A DNA stretch of 64,000 nucleotides from Eledone cirrhosa (Eukaryota): contig OZ024743.1 of assembly GCA_964016885.1 (NCBI GenBank), forward strand, positions 343,480,001 to 343,544,000, given 5' to 3'. A model generated the notes under the pieces. It saw only the letters and a program-made list of their open reading frames with translations, had not been told where the DNA came from and ran no database searches. Position 1 is the stretch's first letter. Each line of letters starts with the position of its first letter. This document shows positions 12,935 to 28,183 of this stretch, piece after piece. Both the position numbers and the translations under genes were made by a program.

Positions 12935-14509
12935 TAATAATAATAATAAGGGCAATGGATTAGCAGTATCGGTGGAACATAAGACAACATGCTTTGCAGC
13001 ATATAGTTATGGCCTATTACATTTTGAGTTTAAATCTCATTGAGGTTGTTTTACCTTTCATCCATATGGTGTCAATAAATAATAAAGTACCAGCAAAACA
13101 CTATTGTCAATTTAATCAACTTTCTCCTTCCCTTCAAATTGCTGGCCTTGTGCCAAAACGTAGAAACAATTATTAGAGACAAAGTGTCATAATATGTAGA
13201 GCATTCAACAAAATACCTAGTATTTAATTACATTCTGCATTCAGATGCTGATCATCCTTCTCACCATTTTACATGTGCTTTTCCGTGTTTGCATGGGTTG
13301 GACAGGTCTTCTCCAGCACAGCTTCCCTCCACTTGTTTCATTCTTTCATCATTTCCTCTGTGAGGTTCAAAATTTTGAGATCAGCTCTTACCACTTTTGT
13401 TATCTATATGCATTTTGTGACCATACCAGCAAAACCTTCTCTCTTGTACACTGCAACTGATTCCTCTTATGCCCAGTTTATCCCTCAGCTCATCCGTGAT
13501 ACATCGTGGTTGAATTTACTTTTCTTCTTTCCAAGGTTTGAAAAAAAAAAGTACCAATCAAGTTAATAATTCCTCTTCATGCTGCAGGTCCTCAAACTTT
13601 AGCTGTTGTAACTAACATACTGAAGTGAAATATGAAAGCTGTTTTTCGATGAGGTATTACTTGGTGTGCCATAATGGTATCAGTTCGATTTTACTTGGTT
13701 TATTATCAATGTTTCCATATGTTGAGTCTACACTCAATAGGTACAGGCATGACTGTGTTGTTTTAGAGGTTCACTTTACAACTACGTGATTTCAAGTTTG
13801 ATCCCACTACATGGCACCTTGCACATGTCTTCTACTATAGCTTCAGGCTAACCAATGCTGTGTGAGTGAACAGAAACTGTATGGAAGCCCATAATACACA
13901 TATATGTATATATATGTATGTCTCTGCTTTGCAGTTGATGCTGCTTGTATAGGTTGTAATGTTTGTTTATGTCCTACATTATCAATATGTTCCACAGTTC
14001 AGAAGTATGATTTTGAAGATTAGTAGCTTACTTGAAAACAAGTAAGGGTTGGTGACAATAAAACTGCTGCAAAGATGTCTTGTTCAATTCATGTCAGGAT
14101 GGAAAAGCAGACATAAAATGAAACAATATTTTGTTCATTAACTCTTAATGTCTTGTATTGCATGAAACTGCATTGGTAAAGGCATTCTTGAAAAATGTAT
14201 AAAACAGCTGACTGCATCACATTAGAAATTAAAGTCTTTACTCTAATATTACAAATTTTCGCAATCATCTGTCAAGTAGTGAAGACACTATAAACATTTG
14301 AATAGACAGTCCTATTTTTAGATATTCTCTGCTGAATCATTACAGAATGTTAAGAGTTAATGTAAATAAAATAATTTGTTTAACCCTTTTGATACCAAAC
14401 TGATTGAAACTGACCCCTATTCTATGATATATAGCTATTGATTTTAATGTATTTATATTTATCAAGAAACCTTTCATTAGAACATTATGTAAGAACCTTT
14501 GTAAGAAAC

Positions 14510-14701
14510 GGCGGTGAATTGGCAGTATCGGTAGAGGGTCGGACACCATGCTTTGACGCATAGAGTTTCGGCCCTTGCTATTCTGAGTTCAAATCCCGCC
14601 GAGGTTAACTTTGCCTTTCATCCTTACGGGGTCGATAAAATAAAGTACCAGTATTGCACTGGCACTGGGGAATTGTTGGCCTTGTGCCAAAAGTAGAAAC
14701 A
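14510..14701 (+). mobile_element. Young family A SINE
   Basis: tRNA-like head (TGGCAGTATCGG A-box, GAGTTCAAATCCCG B-box) and conserved core. Nearly identical to the copies at 44194, 46111 and 56528. Confidence 0.9.
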
Positions 14702-14710
14702 ATTATGTAA

Positions 14711-15054
14711 GGCACATGGCTTAGTGGTTAGAGCATTGGCTTTGCAATCAAAAGGTTGTGAGTTCAATTCTCAGACCGGGTGATGTGTTGTTTCCTTGAG
14801 CAAGACACTTTATTTCACATTGCTCCAGTTTACTCAGCTGTAGAAATGAGATGATAGGGACTGGGGTCCCTATCATTCCACTGTAGAGTGGTTGTGGAGG
14901 TGCCACGGCAAAAAAGCACGCAGCACTCACTGTAAATGAGGTTGGTGTTAGGAAGGGCATCCAACTGTAGAAATCAAGCCGGAATCAGTTCCCGTCCCAC
15001 CCTTGCAAGCAGGGAAAAGCGGACGTAAAATGAAATGATGATGATGAAATGATG
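14711..15054 (+). mobile_element. tRNA-headed SINE with RTE-type (GAT)n tail (family B)
   Basis: TGGCTTAGTGGTTAG / GAGTTCAATTC boxes, CCTTGAGCAAGACACTT central block, GTTAGGAAGGGCATCC block, and a GGACGTAAAATGAAATGATGATG tail similar to that of the RTE copies. Confidence 0.85.
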
Positions 15055-15244
15055 AAGAACCTTTATAAGTTATGTTTGAAAGACCATCTTAATAATCTGA
15101 AAATAAGTTATATTAATAAATCTCTCTAAATTCTTTATTATTGTCATAATGATTTGAAAGCCACAGGAAATATCTTTCATTAGACATATCGTAAGGAAAG
15201 GGTTGATATTTTATATTGATTTTTTTAATCTCTTTGTTTTTCAG

Positions 15245-15332
15245 AATGAAGATGTAAAAACAGGAAAACCCCCACAGGACCTGAGAGCTGAAACAGATGC
15301 ATTACTTCAAGACTTGGGTATACCACCTAATG
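15245..15332 (+). CDS. DYNC1I: Dynein intermediate chain, coding exon 2
   Basis: Polypyrimidine tract and TTTCAG acceptor. Encodes NEDVKTGKPPQDLRAETDALLQDLGIPPN+G, matching the second helix (ET.ALLQ..GI). GTTAGT donor, phase 0 to 1. Confidence 0.92.
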
Positions 15333-16340
15333 GTTAGTATCGTTTACAGGTTTTGGTTTTTTTTGAAGGAAAGGTTTTATTTTTTTTTAAATTAAAAATA
15401 AAACAGCAATAAAAATAAATATCTTCATTAGAATTTTGCTCTAGTTTACATATAATTTCTTAAGATTAAAGTCATTGTAGTCTTCAAAGTTCTGTAGAAG
15501 TACTCTTACATCATATTCAGTAGGAAGATGACTTATTCACTTGATTATAAAGATAATAGACTTAATTGAGGCTAAAAGAGTATGTGTGTGTATGTATATA
15601 TATTGATGTACGAACCATTGTCATCATTTAATGTCCATTTTTTCACACTAGTATGAGTTAGATGAGTGGTCCCGTTGAGACAAGCCAGATCAGATGACTG
15701 TGTCTTGCTCATACAGGTCTGATTTGGGCTTGGTTTCTATGGCTGGATGCCCTTCCTAATGCTAACAGTGCATTATTTCTTTCTCCATTCTTATGTCTTT
15801 ATCTGACTATTCATAATCAAGTTGCCTTGCAAAGGGAATATGCTTTACTGAGGAGACTTAATAAGATAGGAAATTGTTCATTGCTTTCACCAAGTTGTTG
15901 ACTTAGAGATAAGCTTCACTCCCACTATATTGTTTTAAAAGACTTGGATCAGCCAAGGCTATAGGTGTCATCTCCCAGCTCACTTTCATAACCAAACACT
16001 TCTGAAGGGAGTTTGGTTTTGAAATTGTGAGGATAGTCTCTGTTAATTGGAGTTTTTTCCCCCCACTTGCTATATTCAGACAGCGATATGCTATTTATAT
16101 GTGTACATTTTATACATATTTACACACACTCAGACACATATTGAGTTCATATCTGTTGATAAAAGAGAAGGAAAAAAAATCAATATTTCTAACAGTACAC
16201 GAACAACATGGCCACAATATTTCAGCAAAACATGTATTTGCTATGCTTCATCAGAGACATATGTGAAGAGCTGATGATTCAGTTTATATAGTTAGAATAG
16301 AAGAGGAGGGTGAGAGAGGAAGAAAGGGAAGAATAATATA

Positions 16341-17626
16341 CAAGCATTGGCTGATAAGTTCATAGGCTGACAAAGATACTATTATGAAATGTGACCAAAT
16401 GAGGTTTATTTGTCAACATAGTCCCCCTTGTGGTCTGTTGCACTTCTTCCATTGGTGTTGCAGTGTTTGGATCCCATTTGTGAAGAAGCTTTGATCCTGT
16501 TGGTAAAAAAGTCATCAACAGCAGATATGTCACTCTCACTGCGATACTGGTTCCTAGCCAAGTGCTTTTTCATGTTGGAGAACAGATAATAGTCACATGG
16601 ATCCAAATTAAGAGAATAGGGAGGGTGATCAACTAGTTCAAAGCCACAGGCATACACAGCAACCATTGAATCCAAAGACTTGTGTGCTGGAGCACTGTCC
16701 TGATGAAACAAGAACCCTTTCATCAGTTTCCCTGGGTGTTTGGTTTTGATAGCTTTTCGTAACTGCTTCAACAAGCTGCCATAGTAATCTCCATTGATGG
16801 TATGGCCCTTTTGAAGATGGTCAATAAACAATGCTTTTTGCATCTAAAAAAACTGAGGCCATCACCTTCACTGCATGTGAAATGACTATAACAGTCTTTG
16901 GAGCAGGTGAAGAGGGATTTTCCACTGCATGGATTGTATCTTTGTCTCTTGCACAAAGTGATAAGCCCAATATTCATCCTGGATTAGGAAACATTCAAGG
17001 AAACCAGCTGGATCTGCCTTAAACGATGTCAAATTGTCTCGTGATGTGATCAGCCTGGTGCGCTTTTGATCAGGTGTTAGAAGTCATGGTTCCCATCAAG
17101 CTTAAATTTTCATCATGTCAAGTTCATTGTGCAGAATATTCTCAACTTTCTCATGGGATATGCTAATAGTATTGGTTATTTGATTTATAGTCAATCGCCT
17201 GTCATCTATCACCATGTGGTGAACACGATCAATGCTTTCTTCAGTGGTGGCAGTTGTAGGATGTCTAGACATTGGGTCATCTTCAAGACTCTCCCTTCCC
17301 CTCCTAAATTCAACTGCCCACATTTGCACTGTTGATAAAGCTGGAGTGTCATTCCCTAATGTAGTAGCCATGTCAGCATGAATGTCCTTGGAGGCTAAAG
17401 CCTTTTTCTGCAGGTACTTGATAACACCACGGTGCCAAATTTTGTCCATTTTCAAGAGAAGTCGCTACTCGTTACTTTTGAAGTCTTCTTTGAACAGCAA
17501 AATGTCAGTTTACTTGGAAAGAAACAATGCAGTTATTAAGGAAAGTTGAAATTAATGCACGCAAGATTTCACAGCTCTAGCATTACTCCTTCATAGTCAG
17601 CCTATGAACTTATCAGCCCACCTTCA
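16341..17626 (-). mobile_element. Full-length (1286 bp) mariner transposon with a decayed transposase
   Basis: 31-bp TIRs containing GGCTGATAAGTTCATAGGCTGAC, TA-flanked. ORF pieces 17102-17455 (HTH; WAVEFRRGRESLEDD) and 16406-16843 (HQDSAPAH, HPPYSLNLDPCDYYLF) are broken by frameshifts. Confidence 0.95.
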
Positions 17627-18703
17627 TATATATCATCATCATCCTTTAACATCCCTTCTTCCATGCAGACATAGGTATGATGGGTCATCAGAGACTAAAT
17701 AAATACTTTATTGAAACCAGTGACCTCTCAGACAGGCTGTGAGCCCACATCTCCTTTACATACATTACAACACTTTACAGAATGTAGTGGGTTCATTTTA
17801 TTGTGGCATCAGCACTAGAGAGGTTATGTCTTTCACACAACTGAAGAGTTCTCTCAACTCTGTGTTTGGCAAGTTTCCCATGGCTGGGTACCCTTCTCAA
17901 CACCAACCACCTTACAGAGTGTATTTAGTACATTGTATATTGGCACCAGCACTGGAGAGGTTGTCATACTCTTGACAGAACTGAATACACACATACAGAC
18001 ACACAAACATACACTGTAAGGTATACTAGTGCAATGACAAAAAGCACCCCGTCCATTTTGTAACGTGGTCGTGCTGATACCATGGCAAAAATGTATCAAC
18101 CTGTAAAGTGGTAGTGGTAGTGCCACAAGAAAAGCTGTAACGTTGTTGGCATTAGGAAGGACACCCAGTCATAGAAAACCAAACCAAAAACAGATATTGT
18201 CATCTGACCTGATCTGCATCATAACATGACAACTTGTCTAACCTATGCAAGCATGGAAAATGGACGACGCATAATTGACAGAGTTGTTGGTGGTTTGGAT
18301 TAGATGCCTTGCAGTATTAGTTCTAGCCTTGTGTGGTCTGAGTTGAAATCCTGCCATGGTTAACTCTTCCTTTCATCTTTTTTGTTTTAATAAATATAAT
18401 ACTAGTCCAGGTGGGTGGATTGATAGAATTGTTAGGTCAGTGTGTTCCGAGTACAAATCCTGCTACTTATCATCAGAAAAATGGTAGCATGATAGGAATG
18501 GAACCTCTATCATTAAAACTTTGAAGAAGCTTCCTATGTTTTACAACTTTATGGAAGGCCAGCTAAATTCATACAACCACTAAATTCATAACAACAACCT
18601 TAATGAAGAATCAGCCTCAGTTTAGTTCTTTTCTATTTATGTACCTCGTTTTATTTACATATTCACTGATGATATACTTATCAAAGATATTTCAAGTTTC
18701 TTC

Positions 18704-18952
18704 TTAACTCTTTGAGTGCCAGTGTTGTTTTTGGTACTTTACTACTTCAGAACAAGATTACACGTTAACTTGTGTCCCTCCACCAAAAAAAAAAAATTTT
18801 TTAAATAAAGTAAAATGAAATATTTTTATCAAATTTGCTTTATTTACTTTGTCCTGAACCTGAGCTTCACAAACTAATCTGAAATGTACCAATATATATT
18901 TAGTACACAAGAGAAGTAGTACCAGTTCGATTTTTGGCATTCAAAGGGTTAA
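18704..18952. mobile_element. piggyBac-type (TTAA) MITE
   Basis: TTAA-CTCTTTGAGTGCCA ... TGGCATTCAAAGGG-TTAA. Confidence 0.7.
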
Positions 18953-19539
18953 CTTTCCTTGTATTTATTGCAGCTTTGTCCTATTTTATTTTTCTTTATT
19001 ATTGTATTTTATTTTTATTTCTGTTATCACTCCATGAAGTTTGGAACCGACTTGGTAACTAATTGTTTATCTCTACAGAACTTCTTGCGCATGCTGTTGG
19101 TCTCACCAGATATGACTTTTTTCTTGGCTCCACAATGCTTAGCCATTTTTAAAATTCTTTTTTTTTAATTTTTTTTTTTATTATTACTGAGAATGAAGTC
19201 AAAGTTTATATATATATATTTTTTTTCTTATAGCCCTTTATTCTTCTGATGCAATACATAAAAAAGTTTGCTAGAAAGTGGGCAGTGGAGTTTACCATGA
19301 ACATGGTATAACGCTTCACTAGATGCTTTGTGGTAATCTACTTTGGTTAAATTCCTTATAATTTTAAGTTTAAAATTCCACTGAGCTTAGCCTTACCCTT
19401 TCATCCTTCCGTAATCTATGCACATAGCGAAAAGAATCTGAGTGAGTGTATGTGTGATACATATACAAAGTTTTTACATTGCTCACTTCATTCTTTTCAC
19501 AGTAGAGACTTCTAATTAAAAAAAATCTTTAAATTTTCA

Positions 19540-19575
<36 letters not shown>

Positions 19576-20007
19576 CATACACTTGCATATATATAAGACA
19601 CTAGTTCACACCAATTTTCTGCTCTACACTGCTCCCCACAGTCTTAATGCCCCACCAGCTAAATAGCCCATCCCTTGAACTTGCGTACTTGTTCCCACTC
19701 TCAACCCTCACTTCTCACCCCTGATACGACTCTCCTGCTAAATCACACATAAAAACAAAAAACCCTCACAAAATCTACCCCTGTATAGTGATCTGGTGCT
19801 ACAACAACAAAGCACCCAGTCCACACTGTAACATGGTTGGTCTTAAGATGGGCATCTAGCCATAGAAACCAAACCAAAATACAGATTTGTATGAGTTAGA
19901 CATGGCCACCTGACCTGAATTGTTTCATAACCCATGCAAATATGGAAAAATAGATGTTAAACAGTGGTGATGATGATGATATATATATATATATATATCC
20001 ATTCATT

Positions 20008-20773
20008 TACGAACAGCAATGTTGCATGGCAGTGAGATCTGGGCATTGTGTGCAGAAGATATACGCAGACTAGAGAGGAACGAAGCTTGCATGCTCCGCT
20101 GGATGTGTAATAGTAACATACGTGAACGGCAAAGCATAAGCGAACTAAGGAAAAAATTAGAAATAAGAGGGATCAGATGTTGTTTACTCGAGAGAAGGCT
20201 ACGTTGGTATGGTTACGTGATGCGCATGAAAGACGACAGCTGTATAACAAAGTGCAGGGCAATAAAGATAGACGGTAGCTACGGAGTAGGCAGACCCAGA
20301 AAAACCTGGGACGAGCTGATAAATTCTGACCTCACACACTTACACCTCTCCAAGACAATGTCACTGGACCGAGACCTTTGGCGGTACTCAGTAATAGAGA
20401 AGACCCGCCTTACCTAAATACAAAGTAAAACCTACTACAGCTAGTAGGCATCTCTAACTAAATACACCCCCGTCCCACCACACCGCCCCTTCAATGTAAA
20501 GTTATGTTGGTGCCACAACATCCAGGCCGAAACAAATGAGATCGTGTAGACACAGTCCACGCTGTAATGTGGCCATGTAGGCAACACGGTAAAAACCTCC
20601 CAGCCCCACATTGTAAATGTGGTTGGTGTTAGGAAGGGCATCCAGCTGTAGAAAACCCGCCAGACAGTCCCATGCGAGCAAGATAATCACTCTTGCCTCA
20701 AGTGGGAAAACCCCCGTCCAAACCCATGCAAGCGTGGAACACAGACGTTAAACGATGATGATGATGATGATGA
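20008..20773 (+). mobile_element. 5'-truncated RTE-clade LINE (family R1)
   Basis: ORF 20019-20417 (MLHGSE..., RRLRWYG, GRPRKTW), ~350-bp 3' UTR and (GAT)n tail. Follows a (TA)n tract. Confidence 0.92.
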
Positions 20774-20890
20774 TTATGTCCACATTTCTGTGCTTATTTA
20801 TATATTTAAAAATATATTGAATAATAAATATTTATACTAGAACACAGCATATATTTGAAGATATAATAGTACATTTAGCATAGATATATC

Positions 20891-21235
20891 AAATATACAC
20901 CCCTATCCCACTACCTCAACTCCCCCATCAACACCACCCCTTTCTCTGTAAAGTTTTGTTGGTACCACAACATCCAGTCCTAAATAAATGAGGTTGTGTA
21001 GGTGTCACAACAAAAAAACACACAGTCCACGCTGTAATGTGGCCGTGTAGGTCACAGTAAAAACCTCCCAGTCCACACTGTAAATGTGGTTGGTGTTAGG
21101 AAGGGCATCCAACCGTAGAAAAGCTGCCAGACAGTCCTATACGAACGAGATGACCAATCTTGCCTCAAGTGGGATAATTTCCGTCTAAACCCATGCTAGC
21201 GTGGAAGATAGACAGTAAACGATGATGATGATGAT
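20891..21235 (+). mobile_element. R1 3'-UTR-only copy
   Basis: Aligns with 20460-20773 and ends in (GAT)n. Confidence 0.85.
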
Positions 21236-22186
21236 AACTACTGTTTTTAGTTAGAAGCTTTTGCTGTGAAAAGTATGATGTGTGAGGTGTAAATAGTTTC
21301 AAGTATTCATTTTTACACAGATGAAACGCGATATAGGCCCTCATTTCTGATCAGGGCCTTTTGATTCAGCGTAATTGTTTCAATTGCCAGCAAATTGACA
21401 AATCCTTAATAAATATTTGAAAGAACTAGATTTTTCTTTCAAATTTGATAAGGATTTGTTCTATTTGCTGGCGATTGAAACAAACAAATAGTCAGAGATG
21501 ATGAAACAAAATGTTTACACTTTTTACAAAGAAAGCTTTTAGTTACAAAATGGTAGCTATATCTACCATAAGATATTTATATATCTTAGCATAAGATATA
21601 TCTTACCAAATCCTGCCGAGGTCAACTTTCTCATTCATGCTGATCAATAAATAAGTACCAGTTCAGTACTAGGGTCAATCTTTCATCTCTTTCTCTGCTC
21701 CTCTCCCATCTGGAAAAAATCAGCTATGTTCAGATTTGGAGAAGGATGGGATCTGTCAACTTCAAAAATGTTTTCTAGTACCTTTGTCCACTTTTTTCTC
21801 CTCCAGTGGTACTTTACATGATTTTCTCAACTAATATTTATAGTGATGAACTGTCACTATGGTCATTTTCATTGGGATGCACACATTTCAAATTTCAAAC
21901 TTTTCAAATCCCTCCTAAGTCAACTGCTTTGTTTACAGTCATAAGTATGAGGTTAAAATTTTCAAAAAAGCTAGAACTGGGGGTCAGCAGCTCTTTAATG
22001 TAGTGGTAAATGCATTTGCCCAGCATCCAAGAGATGTCGAGTTCGGTTCTTCACAGCCACCTCTGTTCATTTTTCCCTCTCCAAGGGTACTTTACATAAT
22101 TTTCTCAATGATCATTTATAGTTATTGACTATTATTATGGTCATCAGCATTGGAACACAGGCATTGCAAATTTTCCCAATGCTTCA

Positions 22187-22320
22187 GATGTCAGTTCACC
22201 TGGATAGAAACAATGCAGTTATTTAGCAGAAGAGTTGAAATTAATGTATAGAAGATTTCACAGCTTTAACATCACTCCTCTCCTTCATAGTCAGCCTATG
22301 AACGTTTCAACTGACCCTCG
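22187..22320 (-). mobile_element. Solo end of the 16341 mariner family
   Basis: Matches 17500-17626 including the TIR GTCAGCCTATGAAC...CCCTCG-TA. Confidence 0.8.
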
Positions 22321-23429
22321 TATATAAGTATATGTGTGTGTATATGTATATCTCTCTCTATATATGTATATATACACATATATTTTGGGTTCATAGTTTC
22401 CAATGGATTCTTAATCACTGTCTTTGGATGCAACACTTAATCAGTGGGTAGAGAACATCTGGTTATTTGATAAATATTTATGAAGTTATTTTACATAATG
22501 ATAGCTTTGTTAATTATTTTCCCCTGTGATATTTCTGGTTATTATTTTTAAAACTATGACTTCATTCCTTTCAAAACCTCTTAGATTTCCTAAATTATAA
22601 AATCCTTTATTTAGCTCTTGTTCCTTGGTGTTGGTTGGTTCTATTGATTGGCTAAATATGTGGTTTAACAGTAGAGAGAGAGAGAGTGTGTGTGATCTGA
22701 ATCTGTACTAAGATTAAAGTTTTGAAAGAAGGTTTTACTGAATTTCACTGAAAACAGGATGGTTTTGGCAACAAATACTTTAGTGAATCTTTATAACTTT
22801 ATTTGACCATACATTAAACACTCAACTGTTACAGCCTGAAATACATACATATTACCATAGCCTAATAGTTCCCAAACTTATTTTGTCATGGAACCCTTTG
22901 GAACACTCATTTTACCAAGACATTCCTCATCACCTTAATTTTAGAAAGATATTAAATGAAACAAAAAAATTGTTTTAGAGAGAATTTATTCTCTTTTACT
23001 TGTTCCATCCAGCCAACATTGCTGAGGCCTTACTTGGGTGCTGCCATATAAAAAAAATGTATTAAATTTTATTTAAAAACACTTTATCTTGCTGAAGCAC
23101 AGGTTTTCGAGGAATCATGTTATTCCTTGGAACCTACTTTGGGAAACATTGCCTTAGCTTCTTGTCAAATATCGTAATGACTTATTGGGCAGATTATTAC
23201 ATATCCTTGAATTCTCTGATTATAGAATCAATGTCAATCAACTACTTGATAATGTCATTTGGCTGTTGCCTGTTATGAAGAGTTCTATAGAGTAATTGTT
23301 CAGACCTTATATTAATATGAGTATCTGCTACTTTGGTAGCCACAATTTCTTCAGCACTATTAGATTGAAGCTATTAACCTAATTTATTAACTTTTAACAT
23401 ACATGCTTATTATACAATAATTTTATATA

Positions 23430-23755
23430 GCATGGCTGGATAACTAAGAAGCTTGCTTCACAGTTATAAGGTCCTGGATTCAGTCCCACTATATGACATC
23501 TTGGATAAGTGTCTTTTACGTTAGCCTTGTAATTGAAATTGGTAGACAGAAGCTGTTTGGAAACTCATTGAATGGACTGTACCTGTAATTCAAAGGACCA
23601 GCTTTAACGGATACTGTCTTGTTGAATGTTCTTGAGAATTACATTAAAGTATAAGTGTCAAGGGAATACTAAGCCACTTACATGTTAATTTAATGAGTTG
23701 ATTATTTTGTTGACTAGACAACTGGAACATTCATTGTTGAAATTGATGGAGGCCC
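23430..23755 (+). mobile_element. Old tRNA/CORE-like SINE (family C); relatives near 4125, 13743, 53960, 54580, 58930
   Basis: GCATGGCTG...GGATTCAGTCCCACT...CTTGGATAAGTGTCTT shared across the copies. Confidence 0.65.
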
Positions 23756-25590
23756 ATGTATTTTTATATCTGTATATCATCACCCTTTAACATCAATTTT
23801 CCATGCTTGTAAAAGTTAGATGGACAGTTCATGTTATAAGGCTAGACAGGTCAGGTGATCACATCTTGCTCATATGATCCATTTTTGGTTTGGTTTTCTA
23901 TGGCTGGATGCCTTTCTAACACCTTACTAGTGTTTTTCGTCATAGTACTGGTATGACCACCTTACAGGGTAGACTGAGTGCCCTTTCATTATGGAACCAG
24001 CACTACCACCTAACAGGGTGGACTGGGTACTTAATATATATTATATGAGAGAGAGAGAGAGCCATTTCACCAATTCAGTATTTGTTTAAAATCTATTCCA
24101 CAACATCAGTGAATATACTTGAGTTTGATTGATTAAAAATATGAACCACACTTGGGAACAAGCATTTAAAATGACATTTGATCAATGACACAGATCACCT
24201 TTACTGTAGTTTAATGTAACAAACTATGGCAATCACAGACGCTTGCAGCACTCAAAAGTTTAAAATAAACAATGCCTCTATTTTTAAAATATTTATTTAT
24301 GAATATATATCTTGAGTTAGAAATTTATAAAAGAGACATTGCCTCTTACTATAATTGTTAGATTAGAATGAACTTCAGTGTCTATTTAACAGATATTTGC
24401 TTCATGGCTATTGGGATAAATCAGAGATTTCTTAACTGTGTGTTACAAGACTTTAGTGAAAAGGTCACCAAATGTTGATAGAGCTCGATTGAACTTTTTA
24501 GCTAAAAGCTGAGATTTGTATAAGAAATGAAAATACATAAAATAATACAATAAAACACTTGCTTATACAGGTTTCTGATTTGTATATAATTAGTCTTTAT
24601 TGTCTATTAATTTATTTACTTGTTTATTTTTGTACATGCCTGGAATCAATGAGGGGGTCAAGGATTCCTTGAAGGGGTTGATGGTCTAGAAAGTTTGTGG
24701 ATCTCTGCTTTAGTGTGCTGCAAAATTAAGTTAAATGTTTTTACGAATATTTGGCTGTGGAGTATATACTTGAAATCTGACAACTGTGCATACTATTAGA
24801 CATGTGAAATAATGTTTATTTTTGATTAATTTCATGTTGGTAACAAAACTTGATTAACCCTTTTGTTACTATATTTTCTTATGAAATACATAGCCTTTGT
24901 GTTTCAATATTTTGAAAATAATGAAGAATTTGAAGGAATTTAGTAATAAAGCTTAACTTTCTTAAGCTGATATCTACAGCATAACTTAAAAGGTTTTTTA
25001 TATGAAATTATTATGGAAGGTTTTAATTTAAATATACACACTTTAAAGCAAGCAGTTTTGTGTCATAAAATCAGTAGTTTACAGGTGGGCTGGAATCAAA
25101 AGGGTTCATGTTTATGAAAATTTTATTTGTAAGATGTTTGTTGCTCTGGGATGAATGGTAGTCAAACATTAAATGCCCTTGTGGTAAGTTTAGTTTAGAA
25201 TTCTATTGCAGTTTTAATAATAATTAGTTTTGAAATATTTTCAATATCTTGGGGAAAGTTAAAGAGAAATATTTTGCTGAATTATTATTTTAAGGTGATG
25301 AATTGTCAGAGTTATCAGTGTTGGAAAAATACCTTATGGTATTTGTTCCAGCTATTTACATTCTATGTTGAAATCCTGCTGGAGTTAACTTTGTCTTTTG
25401 TCTTTCTGGGTCGACAAAATAAAGCAATTGATATAATTGACTAACTTCGCCTTTCAAATTTCTGACCTTGTGTCTATTTGAGAAACAATTATAATTTTGT
25501 TTTCATTAAAGGGGAAGTGTGGGATCAGACAGTTTTATTCATTATAAATTCCTTAATATCTTCTGTATATGTTGTAAGATAGTTTATTAC

Positions 25591-25624
<34 letters not shown>

Positions 25625-26759
25625 CTATTAAGCCACAAAGTGCAAATTGGTAGGGTCATTAGAGTGTAGGATAAATTGCTTTTGGGCATTTGTTCTGGCT
25701 TAAATACCACTAAGGTCAACTTTGTCTTTCATCCTTTCAGTGTTGATAAAATAAAATACCAGTCCAGATCAGTGGATAACAGAATTAATAAGAGCATCAG
25801 ATGAAATGCTTTGCTGTATTTGTTCCAGCTCTTTGCTTTCTGATTTTAAATCCTGTTGTGGTAGAATTAATCCATTGCCCAGTTAACACTAACACTTGGC
25901 CCATGGATGCTTTTAACAGAGTTCACACTGTTGCATTTAGCTCAGGTCATTGGTTTGAGGATATCTTCCTCCCTCCCATCAGTCTTGGAAAAGAGTCATC
26001 AGCACTGCTTTTTTCTCTTTGTCTAAAGAGTGAAAAAAATATACGTTGTGTAACAAAGGTTTGTGGGGTGTTTTTTGCATAGGCTTCTTTAGTTATTTAA
26101 TTGTCAGTTAATAGTAACTTCTAACAATAGTTACTTCTAAATATATTTCACTCTTTTTTTAAAACCATTTTTCCAATGAAAGACACTGCTTATTTTCTGA
26201 ATAAGTTCGGAAATAATCAAGAATTTAGTTGGATTTAGTAATATAACTAACTTTCTTTAGAGAATAGTTTAAGAAAGGTTCTTACATAAAATTATCATGT
26301 AAGGTCTCATAAGACAAATGTAAACACTCTAAAACAAACAGTTTTGTATTATAAAACCAGAAGTGGTTTGGTATCAAAGGTGATTGAAAGAGACTCATAA
26401 GTTGATGATGGTACTTTAGGTGAAATCTATTGCTATGTGAATAAGATGATAAATGTTATTGGCTATTTTGCTGCTTCAAAAATTGTTTTTTTACTCTTGC
26501 TTATTAAACAAGACATTTCTTAAATGCTGAAGAAATACAAACATTTTGTCAAATGGTATTATTTTCTACAAATGGTAAGTTATATATCTAAATAAAATAC
26601 AAAATGTTTATTTCCATTTTTTTAATTTTCTTTATTTGATTGCAGAAAAAATAATTATATTTACATTTAAAAAAAAAAAAATGATATTTCTTAATGTTAT
26701 ATTTTGTTTGATGATTAAATTGTCAGAGAAATGATTTATCATATCAACTCTCATACACA

Positions 26760-28183
<1,424 letters not shown>

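Noticed and set aside
14510-14600. tRNA gene (A/B boxes)
   Set aside because: No full cloverleaf, and it continues into a SINE body with many dispersed copies.
16406-17455. Domesticated SETMAR-like transposase gene
   Set aside because: Frameshifted, bounded by TIRs, catalytic-region motif degraded (YSLNLDPCD), no SET domain.
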